A stretch of DNA of 63,212 bases, counting the filler, from Perkinsus chesapeaki ATCC PRA-425 (Eukaryota > Protista > Perkinsozoa), in NCBI GenBank assembly GCA_013115145.1. It is 5 parts of 5 records of this genome, joined end to end, with 100 filler letters (N's around TTAATTAATTAA, not from the genome) between each part and the next. Parts side by side here need not be neighbours in the genome. Positions count along the whole stretch, not along the records: positions 25,495 to 57,226 come from JAAPAO010000413.1; 4 more parts are not named here. One strand, given 5' to 3'. Positions within the stretch are counted from its first letter, which is position 1; each line of letters begins with the position of its first letter. Below are positions 43,473 through 54,944 of the stretch, one piece after another. The notes beneath the pieces are model-generated. The model worked only from the letters and a program-made list of their open reading frames with translations, searched no databases and was not told where the DNA came from. The translations under genes were made by a program, and so were the position numbers.

Positions 43473-46400
43473 ATGGCTCCTCAGAAAAAGAGCGTTGCTA
43501 TCTCCCGGACACCAAAGTCTGGCTCGGCTGGTTTTGGTACCGGCCCGGTGAGCAGCAACGGTGGAGCTGGACTGATGGTGACGGGAGGAGCTTCGAATGA
43601 GACAGCTGGAGGAGGGCTCAGGGCAGTTGTTCCGCTGAATATTCAAGTACAGAGCTCAGTTGAGAAGCAATTGATGGCCAAAATGGTAAGGAAAAATAAT
43701 TACCGATTTTCTATTCATTTTTTGCTCTAAAAGTATTTGGAGAAAAAGTATTTCTCCTTCAACTGTTTACCTCCAGCCGTTGGAGGTGGTGAATGTTTTG
43801 GTCGAGTTAATATTGATGATAGAGTAAATAATGGTTAGCAAGCACGGTCCAGTTTCACAGACCGAGTCTATTAGGTTGTGATATGTTTTAGTATGGAAAA
43901 TGTGACTATATTTGGCTTGCCTGCTAACTGTGAGGAGGCCAATCCAAATCCACCGCCATGCTCATGACTTTTCATCCTCGGCTCGGCGTGGATGGCGCTC
44001 GCCCGTCTAATCGATTACTCTGATTTTCGTCGTCCGCGCCTTTTTACGCAGTAAAGGGACTTTCACAAATGTCGATCATGCGTTGTTACTCTTGTTGTAT
44101 TTTCAGGTTCGGTTGAGAAATCAGTATTGGACGGAGATAACTGAGATGAGGGAGAAGATGAGGAATATGGCACCATATATGACAGAGGCGGTCAACGAAT
44201 GTTTGTTTAATGAGGAACCTAGATATACGGTAAGAACCAAAACACCCACCGTGGGGCTCGAACCCACGACCACAAGGTTAAGAGCCTTGCGCTCTACCGA
44301 CTGAGCTAGACGGGCTTGAGATGGAAATATTGGATATTTCCTTGTCTGTGTTAGTTCGAGCCGGATGAGTTCATGGTGGAGGAGCACATCGATTATATGC
44401 GATCTGTTGTCCGAGAGAAAATTAAACTTGTTGGCACGAAATGCTCTGCCGCCGCTAAATTGCAAATTGACAAGACCGTCGGGGCGCTGCGAGAATCACG
44501 GGTGGAGTTGGCGAAGTCTCAGAAGGAAGTGGCTGATCTAGAGGCCACCAATGAAGCATTGGAGAGAAAGATTAACATACTGAAATCTCAAATGAAGAGT
44601 AAGAGCCTTGGGGGAGCAGTTTGGAAAATAAATACGATTCAAAAACTGGCCTCGGGACTTTTTGGTACCTTTTTGGAAAAGCATCATACGGAGAAATTGA
44701 AGGAAGAAATTTCCTTTTGTATGTGGACGGTTGGTTAGAAATAGTTTTTGCAGCTTATAAGTTTGAGGAGGAATGTGAAGGGATTTTTGAAAGCTCTTTA
44801 TTTTAATTAAACAATATTTGTAGACGTTCGCAATTTGAGCTTTCTGGTATTATCTATATGTTAAATAGGACTGTTTGGAACACGGTAACTGTGAACTTTA
44901 CAGAAGTAGTTGTGGTCGAATGTTTGGCTTAAGAGCAGGAGCTGTGGGAGACTTTGATGACCAGAACTCGACACTGGTAGATTCATAGATCTTTAACTAT
45001 CGACAACATATACTGTACACATGAATGAGTACTACTAGCGGCAGGGAGACAGTCGGATTGTGTAGTTCCACAATCACAGGCTCCTCGTTAGTCGTTCATT
45101 CGTTAAGACTTTTCTGAGATTCATGTCGAAGTAACCTAGCAGAAACTTGTTGTGGATGACAGGAATCAATGCATTGTCTAAAAGCAATGACTGCACGCGA
45201 ACTGGACAAAATATGTATTGCGCTAGGTATTGATGTTTATTATTAGGCCAGAAACGCTCCACGGTAGCGAAGGCCTCCGCCGTCATCGGCAGCGTCGATG
45301 GTGAGGCAGCGGAGATGGAAAGTGTTTCTGGCATCGGTGATGACGATATGGATCCGGTGGCACAGTTGATGGAAGCGGAGGATAGAATTAGGGAACTGCA
45401 AATGTTGGTTAATCGATTGGAGCAAGAGAAGTATCTTGCTGAGGGACATGCTGAGACGCAGCAGATGTTGATGGTTGGAGAAGCTGCGGTTGGATCTCAG
45501 GTAGGAAAGGAATCTTTCGCACTGTGAAGATTCTGGGGATAAGACATTCGGCGGTCTCTCGGACTGATAATGCTTCAAAGGAAGTGTAGAACAGACAAGG
45601 TCTTCCTTCGATTTCACGTTGATTCAATTTTTGAAATTTTGTCAAAGTCATACAGTCAGTACAATGTTTGGAAACTTTACTGCTAAATATGTTATACCGT
45701 ATTTCTCACAACTTTCGGAGTGGTATATAGGGGGTCGGGATGGACATCAAGTGTTCGTAGAAAGAAATGCGTTTGACTTTTAATTTTGCTCTAACAACAT
45801 ATTTTCGAGAACGGTTCTTATTGTACCTCCGCATTGGGGATAACTTTTCGGCGCTCGAGGAAACCTATATTTTGTCATACCAAACTTCCCACAAGTTTCG
45901 AGGTGGGGGTATACCCAAACTAAGCGGAAGGGCCCTGAAGGACTTCATATAACTGTTCAATACCCAATTTCAGACCCAGGCGGCAGAGATGGCTCAACTC
46001 GAGGAGGATTTAAGAGCGGCTAAATCGGATGCAATGAAGTGGCAGAAAGAACTCGAGGCGAGTGACTTTAAGCTCAAGCTGGCCGCAGAGGATTTAGGTC
46101 AGTAAAAATACCTCAACTGGGAATCGAACTCGGGTGGGTGATGTTTTAGAGACTTTACAGAGCAAATATGATGCCGGGGTTGGCGGGATGGAGCGCCACT
46201 GTAAAGAGTTGGAAGCTGAATTGAACGCTACAAAGAAGTCTCTGGAAAAGGTAAGCGTATCTGGTTTTCAGTCGATGACTGTGGGAAATTTGGTATTAAA
46301 ATTTTGGGGAGTCTGCATAGAAATAAGTTCAGTGTATCAGTGATACTTTCCTGAGCCAACTTACGTCAACTTTGGTGCTGAAGATTCACGCTGAGCGCCG

Positions 46401-48500
46401 CTGCTCGTTTCCAGTAGGGAGATTGGTCCTTAAAATTCGGTTGGATCTGGCGATATTAATAAACGCCAATTTTCCGGTTAGACCGACACCGCAATCTCGT
46501 CGCGTATAGAGGCTGCCACGAAGTCGATGGAGGCCGCTAATAAGGAGCTTCAACGGCAACTGGCGGAGGCAATGGCGGAGAGGGAGAGACTTGAGAAGGA
46601 GAACATTAGGCTGGAAAAGGATAATGAAAGCGCAGTGAAGGAGATAGAGGAATTGAGAGGCGAGAAAGAGGAGATTAAAACGACATTAGAGGCACGAGTT
46701 AAAGAGTAAGGTGCCGGGGTCGAACCTGTGACCCTGATAGAGCGTCCTCTGAGGTCTTGTTGTTTTATTTAGGTTAGCCGATGCTGCAAAGCAAGGTGGT
46801 GAAGGTAGTATGAAAGATGGTAAGAGGATAAAGGAGCTGGAGAAGCAATTGGAGGTGGGAGAATATGGAAGGAGATTTCAATTGTATATTTAATAATAAA
46901 ACATAAACGGCAATAGGAATATAGATATCCACAACGCATTCATCGAAGGACTGATAATTTATAGGTGAACGTAATCGTGGTATTTTATATGGAAAATGCT
47001 AACATTTTCATTAAACTTGATGCTTGTATTAAACCATCCTATGAAAACATTCAAATGTAGGCAAAGACTTGTACTTGATACAGCACTAATCGAGCATGCT
47101 CCTTAATTTCCATTAACTTGAATTCTTAAACCATTGAAACAGTATCAGCTGCTGAGGTGATCGGAGAAAGCGCACTTTGGGAGAAGATCTCAAACAATAC
47201 CTTACTTCTCCTCCAACCTTCCAATGGAGTACCTCTTCCCGCTGTGTGGTGTAGTAGTTCTATGCTACAAAATAAAGGGTCTCCTACAACTACTTTGCGT
47301 CCAATTACGGATGATAGTTTCTCATCAAGCAAGAAGTGTTTGATAAGTTATAGGACACCCCTTATTAGGGTCGTACGACAATCAGTAGAGGGTGGGAAAT
47401 CATCAATAAACGAAATATTCTAATTCATTGTGAAGGGCTGTAGTTCTCTTCGGGTATAGCTACGGCGGAGTGATCCTGAGGAGCTTTCGATAAACAGCGC
47501 AGCGAGTAGTAAATAGAAAATGCTGAATAATGTTAATGAAGCTCTGAATTCCGTTTCATGATTGTATGAATCTCTTCACTGTATTGCTTTTTAGAGAGCC
47601 AACGAAATGCTGGAGCAGCTGCAGAAACGATCGATTCAAGGTGACTCGGCGAGCAAGAACTTAATGGAGGAGTTGGAGGGCTGGAAAAAACGGGCCGAAT
47701 CTGCGGAGGAGGAGATTGCCGAGCTGAAGGAGGTTATCAAGGAAAACGAAGCGGAGATAGGGGAGTTGAGAGAAGCAGCGTTGAGGAAAGTCGAGGAGGA
47801 GCAAGATGTGCAAGATGAGGGTATTGGAGATGAAGTGGCAGAGCCTAGCGAGAAGGATGAGGAAATCGAAGTTGATTTGGGCGTCACGTCACGGATCAGC
47901 GAGCTGGAGGAGGAGAACAAACGGCTTACGTTGGTTTTGGTGGAATTGCGGGAGAAGATGGGGGAGATGGCGACGAAGCTGGAGCAGGGCGGTGTCTCGG
48001 GTGGAGTTGTAGACGGAATTCTGGAGGACGTCGGCCTGGCGAACTTCGCGGGACGCGGGAAGGTCCGACGGGCGACGAGGAATGTGTTCAACAGGTTGTA
48101 TGAAGATGCGTTGAGGAGGATGAAAAGGCTGGGCGAACTGAGGGAGAGGGTGCGCACGCTGCAGGAGCAGGAGTTCTTGGCGATATACTACTCGAGGGTC
48201 GGGTATAGAACCTTTATTGGATACGACTCGGGATGGATGAAAAAGAGAAGGCAAAGAAAATTGGTTGATCGGCAGACTGTCGGGGAAATGAAAACTGTTA
48301 CTACTACGAGCGAAAGTGAGATTGAGCGAGCCACGCCGATTAATACAAATGGATGGAGTGCCCCGGGTGGTGGCACGGCAGCGAGGGTAGCTAGAATGTT
48401 TGGCGGTGGAAGGCCGAGACATCAGGGATTCGGGGGTGAGTGGGGAAGATATTTTTGGAGGTTGAGTCTGGTAGATTCATATGAGCTGGGTAATTCGTAG
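43473..48500 (+). CDS. multi-exon long coiled-coil protein
   Basis: ATG 43473 MAPQKKSVAISRTPK...; E/K-rich heptad exons (MEAANKELQRQLAEAMAERERLEKENIRLEKDNE; LEEENKRLTLVLVELREKMGEMATKLE) linked by GT-AG introns; long final exon 47596-48500. Confidence 0.7.
44243..44315 (-). tRNA. trnK-CUU: tRNA-Lys (anticodon CTT)
   Basis: GCCCGTCTAGCTCAGTCGGTAGAGCGCAAGGCTCTTAACCTTGTGGTCGTGGGTTCGAGCCCCACGGTGGGTG: 73 nt, full cloverleaf, A and B boxes, TTTT terminator immediately 3' (44239-44242). Confidence 0.97.
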
Positions 48501-49275
48501 GAAACATGAGGGAATCTTTATGGTGCGATAGGTGTATTTACAACATAATCCCACCATAGCTTTAGCGACTGCGCCTTTGCCATTATAGCTCTACTCTCCA
48601 AAAAAACCGCTTCGTTGGCTTCAACGCAAATACTTTGAAGTGCGATCCAGACCTCTTCAAGTCCGTAAAATCTAACCAGTGCGATAAGCGTATCTTGCTT
48701 TTCGTGAAATCTCCACAGTGCGATAATCGTATCTTAAGTTGGGTTACCTTTGGTATTTCCTATTATCAGTTACTAGAGCATCATCATCATCAGTTTTTCG
48801 GAGCCTTCAGAGGATTGATCACGGAAGAGTGGTATGAGAGACACTGGCAATCGAATCGGCAACGCTCTTTCAGTTGGGATATACCAGCACACCTCAATTA
48901 CTGTTGCATCCTCACAACGCTGGCGGTTTCCATTCCGACGTTCCAGCGCAGCGAGCACCGAGAAGGGCAGGATATTATAGGTAGGTTGATAGTGGCTAAG
49001 TAGCAGGAAAGAAAACCGAATCTGACTGTGTACGCAAGCAATGCGGGAAGAGGAGCCAACGTTGTCGAAAAGCCCGATGCTTAGTTAAGGTTGCCGAAAC
49101 CCGAAGACTGTGAATTCGCTGACTTTTCGAAGATTCGCCATATAGTGCGAAGAATTGGTGGCATAGGTTGGCCAGTGGGATGGATTATCTCAGATGGTCG
49201 ATAGGAGCAAATAGAAAATACTCGGCATCGATCAATCGGGCCGTAGAAGCAAGAAGCACATAACAAAATTTAGTC

Positions 49276-50400
49276 ATGGTGCGGCGCTGTCTCCTTTGCA
49301 ATGGTGGAAATATGAAGCTGTTGAATCGGTTGTGTGCGGAGCTGTCCCTGTCAGTATTGAGTATCGAAGTTGACAAACTTTGCTCGATCATAATAACTCA
49401 TTTCAGTTCGCCGATGAGAGCGTCGATGGCAGCAGCACATCAACGACTTTATGGAGTTTCACCAGCGCCAGATAGCAGCTTTTTATCGAGTAGTTCGACA
49501 ACACATTCGTTACCTAGACTCAATCATTTGATGAAAGTTAATCACGAACATGTTTAATAGGTTGTTATTCACCGAATGAACGCTGTGGTGTTGTTCCAGT
49601 CGTCTTTAATGATGTGTCTTGCGATATTCGTGGACCTCTCCCACCCGAGCCCTCCACTCCCTTCTACTCGCCCGCATCTGCGTTCCATTCTTATCTCCAT
49701 AAGAGAACCGTTTGTTGGATTATTCTCAGCTATCCGTACAATCTTTAGTACCATGTCAACTTCAACTTCGCTCGCAGCAGCGCAGTCGCCGGTAGGCTTT
49801 GAAATTGACCAATTCATCATGCGGCAGTTGTGCCACACCCTCGAGTTCCTGGCCTTTCTCACTGAGGTGGGTGTTGGAGGTCTCCGCTGAATCTGAACTT
49901 AGACGAAGATATTCGGACATATCCATAGAGTTGAGAATCACTTAGGGTCGACTACGCTTGATGAGAAAAATGAAGAATTTGATTCCAGTGGGCTGATACA
50001 TCTCGCGAGATGGGTTGGTTTTTTTCAGACCGATTTCGCACATCTGATGGAGGTGTCGAGGGCGTGCCGATTGGAGGCAGACTCTGCGGAAGAGAAATGG
50101 TTCCGAGAATTCCATACAGATCTACGGCTATTCGGGGAGAAGACGTCGAGGGTGAGTTGGTCAAGCTGCTCTGTTTTCGTAATAAATCTGTTCCCTACCT
50201 TCTGGCAGCAGAGTCTATGCGCCGAGGCCTTCTTGGGGACACCTACGTGCCTCCTCACTAGCGTGCCTGATATGCGCAGTGAGCGTGAATTCGAACAATT
50301 ACCGCAACTGGATTACGCGGAATGTCAGCTAGAATCCGTGTTGCGCGAAGCTGTGAACCATAGTATGGTTACCATACAGCGTTTTACAAGGTGAAATTGG
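49276..50400 (+). CDS. hypothetical multi-exon protein (ends undefined)
   Basis: GT/AG-bounded open segments AIRTIFSTMSTSTS...HTLEFLAFLTE and TDFAHLMEVSRACRLEADSAEEKWFREFHTDLRLFGEKTSR. No recognisable motif. Confidence 0.3.
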
Positions 50401-51194
50401 ATTTCACATACCGGGCCAGTGCGCTGCCGTTACGAATGTAAATTGGCGAATTGTATGGTGGGAGCTCCAAGTTCAGGTCATACAGCCTCCGGAAGGGCTT
50501 ACTATGAGAGAGGTATCAATTATATCAACAAGACTGCCTCAAGCCTTCGATGTTGGTCGAGCACCAACTAACGGCAAAGTGAGATTTTCTGAAGGCGGTG
50601 AGTGGGGAGAGAGGGTGGCTTGAATTACACGACGAACAGGATTGAGAGAATGTTGATGCGATCATGAAATAGACGCACCTAATAGAATCTCATCTAAGCT
50701 GTTATCGATAGCACTTCGTCGAGGTTGTTTTCTTGACCCTTGCACAGTTGCCTTGGTGGCGAAAATAAATTTAGCGGCTTGGACTGGCCGTATCAAGTTC
50801 GTATCCCGGAATGCGCGTATCACGGTCGTACAACATCGTCTTCCTGACACAATTCCTGTCTATTCTACAAAAGTCGTACTATCGTCTTCGTATAACTAAC
50901 TTCAGCGACCCCGTTATCCCCAACGACGGAGTGCACGCGGTTGAAGGTTGGGGAAAGTAGCTTTCAGAAATATGTTTAACAACATTGACTTGGACGTGCA
51001 ACTGAGCATAGTTTCATCTGTAGTAAGGTTTTCACCAATCTTCTGATCAGTGATTGAAGGGATAGCAGTACCCATTTGGAGTCTTACAAACACGAGAGAT
51101 CGGTTAAAAATAGTTCCATCACAACGGGTCATTCTTAAGCCATGTCTAAATCATCAGCAAGCCGTTGGAGTCTTCAACAGGCCAAAGCAGTGCT

Positions 51195-53611
51195 TCAAGC
51201 AGTTTTTGTAGAACTACGCTTCAGCCACTTTGCTATGATAGCCTGGGTTCTGTCGTAAACGCCCCTGATTGACGATAGCTCAGTGATAATTATAATCTAG
51301 CCTGCGCTAGATTATAATGGCTTACTTCATAAAATTTGTATCCCAGTATCAGTGGGACGCCAACGGTACCTGACAAAACCTTGTAATGTTCTTCTTCTAG
51401 CGAATGCCCAGGATAACCAACCGTATAAACATCAATCCCCTCTGCCGGTTCAGTTATAGACACAGATCGCCATGGATCAGCTTCACCGTTAATAGAAAAG
51501 ATATTGGTTGCGCCCTTCAGTGTCTTGCCTCCATATTCTGTTTGAACTTGATCGATATATTCCTTCGCCTGACAAAAGCGTTGCCTCTGGGCTTGACAGT
51601 TACTCCTTTCTTACCTGCTCTTCCGATATACCAAATGCCCCACATATACGAACATTCAGTTCTAGTCGCTCTTCTGTCCTCAACCAAGGGCAATTATTTT
51701 CATCTGTGCAAGGCTGTCTTTGCCCGAATCCTCTGCAGAATATGAATCTTGACATCCTCTCTCTGTTTTGATTGTCTGGATCTTCTAGCCTGGCACATCC
51801 GGGTACCCAATAGCATACCAGCGTGAGCAAACAGCCGTCGCTGGGTGGCGTCCTACATTTTTATGTAATCCGCAAAGGTATCACTGAAGCACCCCGGCGG
51901 ATTGGGCGGTAATTCTGTCTTGGTTAAGAATATATCAGCGATAGCATCGAGAGGGTCATCGCTGACAGCAAGAATTGTCACCAGCGGAAAATGAATCTTC
52001 GAGGAACGTCTCAGAAGTATTCCGCGCTTACTTTGTTTTGGTGAGCCTTCGACAAACTTTCTTGATATTGCAATAATCCTCCCTGCAATTAGGGTTATTG
52101 GGTGGATACTCAATCTGAGGAGTTCACCGTCGCGAGTCCTGACAACAACGAACTATGAACCTTCTAGTACCATATAATAGGTAAGATGAACGATCCAGTT
52201 GGATTGTCTTACAAGGCTAGTTGATTCATCCGATCATCCAAAATGTTCTTGCATGCGTTGAACTTCTTCTCAAGCTTGCGGCGACCATCAGATGACTTGG
52301 TCAGATTCGCGAAGCTCTTGTGCGCCTTCTTGACCTGAACTCCAGCAACCAGGCCCGACTAGTCTCCACGAGTCATCGACGACGTCGATTCGACGTCGCC
52401 TACAGTTTCCAAACATTTGGGGCTCCCACCAAGTTGCTTATTAGAGAGACCTTGCCAAGGTCTCGATACTAGCCGATCGAGGCCCAAGGTCACCTTGGGC
52501 CTCGATACTAGCATACCTGACAGAATCAACGACATATGAGTGAACACCACATACGAGTGTTGCTCACAGATCGTTGTCGAGCTTGATGTCGAACACTGCA
52601 GAAGACGAGACCGCGCCGATAAATAACCTAGTATACCTCCCCCGAACCCACGCAGCCAATGACTGAAAATGAACGTGGAGTCTCAAAAGCCTCTAAGAGA
52701 CTTTAAGCCACGGCAACAAGATCCCTGGATTCCAGGGCCTGGAGTACCACTCGAGGTCCGGGAGTTATGGTGTCTTACTCCGCCGTAGCTATCCCCGAAT
52801 AGGACTATTTGTAAGGTTGGAGAATTGAGGTATCGTTTGAGATACTCTCCGAAAGTACGGATGTCTTCAACAGTCTGAGGGATTGTGAGAAGATCCTTGA
52901 GCGTTTTAGCGGATACGTCCTCTGTTGGGAAGCTCCCACCAAAATATCTGATCGACAGAAAACGATGAAGCTGAAATTAGCTGTGCTACCAATGCTAGTA
53001 CCAATAGTACCTATGCTCCAAGTACGCTACTGCCGCTTTAAAGGATGAAGCGAGGCGCATAAGGTTAACCGGAATCAGGGAAGGTGACATGGGCTGGTCG
53101 GCCCCAACAAAGAGAAAGACTAGCTGAATCGCGAACGATATTTTTCTTGCAATTCTCAGAGACACTTACCGGCTTCTCCCGAGTGTATGTACCGAGGCCG
53201 ACGCAGAATCGCTGACTGAACTTCCTTGACTCCGGATCTGCAATTGAGCTCGGGAATATGCACCGTTAGCGGATTGCATCCCATAATTAAAGGAAGTCTC
53301 GTATCGCTACCGAAATGGTCCACTATAGCATCTTCAAAAGTATCCTCCAGCCAAATGAGCTCCGATGGGCTAGGTCGTCTGATACAAATAAGCAAGTAAT
53401 TTCTTTCCAATTCAATGATCCAATTGCGTGGCGTCGCAGCTTGAGGATTAACGCATTCAGAGATAACTCTGATTCCGACTTAAGAGGCTTCTAGCGTCAG
53501 GCTGTTGCGAACGACGAACTTAAGCCGCAATGCCACTTACTTTTTGGTACCACTTGAGAACAGTGCGGCTGCAAGTATCGGTAAGATGTAGCAAAGAGAT
53601 CGGTTCAGCAT
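51195..53611 (-). pseudogene. S28 family serine peptidase, copy 2, pseudogene
   Basis: Signal peptide MLNRSLCYILPILAAALF; VDHFDPESRKFSQRF; LEHRYFGGS; FGDSYGG; NGEADPW. A 43-nt frameshifting insertion (52449-52491) leads to TAA TAA. TGA at 51349-51351 replaces the TGC after the catalytic His (ASH*YW versus ASHCYW). Confidence 0.88.
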
Positions 53612-54550
53612 TTCTTAGGGACCGAAACTGAATAACTGTCTCAAATTCTCTATAGAACGTATTTTTTAGCACAACATTTTTACATGGAAGAAACTGCTAT
53701 GATTGCTTAAAGCCATTATAGGCTTAAGCAAGACCATAACAAGACTCGATCATCAATTACTACTATATTACTATACATAGTATGATCAATTACTTGATCA
53801 TACTATGATCATCATAGCGCTTAAGTGCGCTATGCTGGGCGCTGCGTAAGGAATCCTCACGCATATACTAATATATCCTCACTAAGGGTACACCGTTGTC
53901 CCTCTACCTCGTCGGCTCCTAGGAAGTTCGTCGTCGTTGAATGTGAGTCATTGTCGATAATGGATGCAGTTGGAGTCTCACTACATTGTGAGATTCACCT
54001 CCCTTCAAAGTTCAAGATTCCAGGATTCCCTTGAAGTTCAAGTCACTTCACTTTACTATAGGGCCGGGTTCAAAGCTTAATCCCGGAGGGTCATCCCTTA
54101 ATCCCTGAGGCCCATGGTTTCCCTGCTTGTCGTTTCAAAAAGTCTGATCGACTGGTTGCAACGAAGCCTCATCATGATCAGAGGGCGGCATCCAGTATGA
54201 GACGAGCCTCTCATCGTAATAGCAAAGTCTTAAAAGCCGTACTACCGATACGCTAGCTACGCTCCGTCATCACCATAACACAGCGGAAGTACCCAACAGT
54301 CGTTTGCGCGGGAGAATTGGGTAATAACGTCACATTCTTCGTCTTGCTCTTTTTCGGACACCGCGTCTCTCTTTTCAAGCGATCTCGTAACCTGTCTTAC
54401 CTATTGGTTACCTGACCAATTAGCTTCCTTAATTTTAACTCCAAATTATTTACGAAATATGATTTCATATATCCGTTTGGCGCATAACTCTTTTGCGTGC
54501 AGTCTCCTCAACTCCTGAGCTCACCTCAGCGTCGCATGAGTAATCTCTTG

Positions 54551-54944
54551 GAGACGGCACATATCCCATGGATGAGACGGGACATATCTCATGGATGAGA
54601 CGGCACATATCCCATGGATGAGACGGGACATATCCCATGGATGAGACGGCACATATCCCATGGATGAGACGGCACATATCCCATGGATGAGACGGGACAT
54701 ATCCCATGGATGAGACGGGACATNNNNNNNNNNNNNNNNNNNNNNNNNNNNNNNNNNNNNNNNNNNNNNNNNNNNNNNNNNNNNNNNNNNNNNNNNNNNN
54801 NNNNNNNNNNNNNNNNNNNNNAGACGGGACATATCCCATGGATGAGACGGGACATATCCCATGGATGAGACGGGACATATCCCATGGATGAGACGGGACA
54901 TATCCCATGGATGAGACGGCACATATCCCATGGATGAGACGGGA
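54551..54944. repeat. 23-bp minisatellite spanning an unresolved 98-N gap
   Basis: GAGACGG(G/C)ACATATCCCATGGAT: about 7.5 copies at 54551-54723, N gap 54724-54821, about 5.4 copies to 54944. Confidence 0.97.

Noticed and set aside
51349-51351. Selenocysteine at the TGA aligned to Cys next to the catalytic His
   Set aside because: The same copy is already frameshifted upstream, TGC to TGA is a single change, and no SECIS was recognised. Nonsense decay is the simpler reading.
54061-54113. Tiny GGGCC...GGCCC Harbinger-like MITE
   Set aside because: The terminal match is only 5 bp and there is no matching target-site duplication.
54551-54944. CRISPR array (also considered for 4546-4851 and 26831-27184)
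   Set aside because: Units are contiguous or have related short spacers, with no unique 25-45 nt spacers and no cas genes. The context is eukaryotic.
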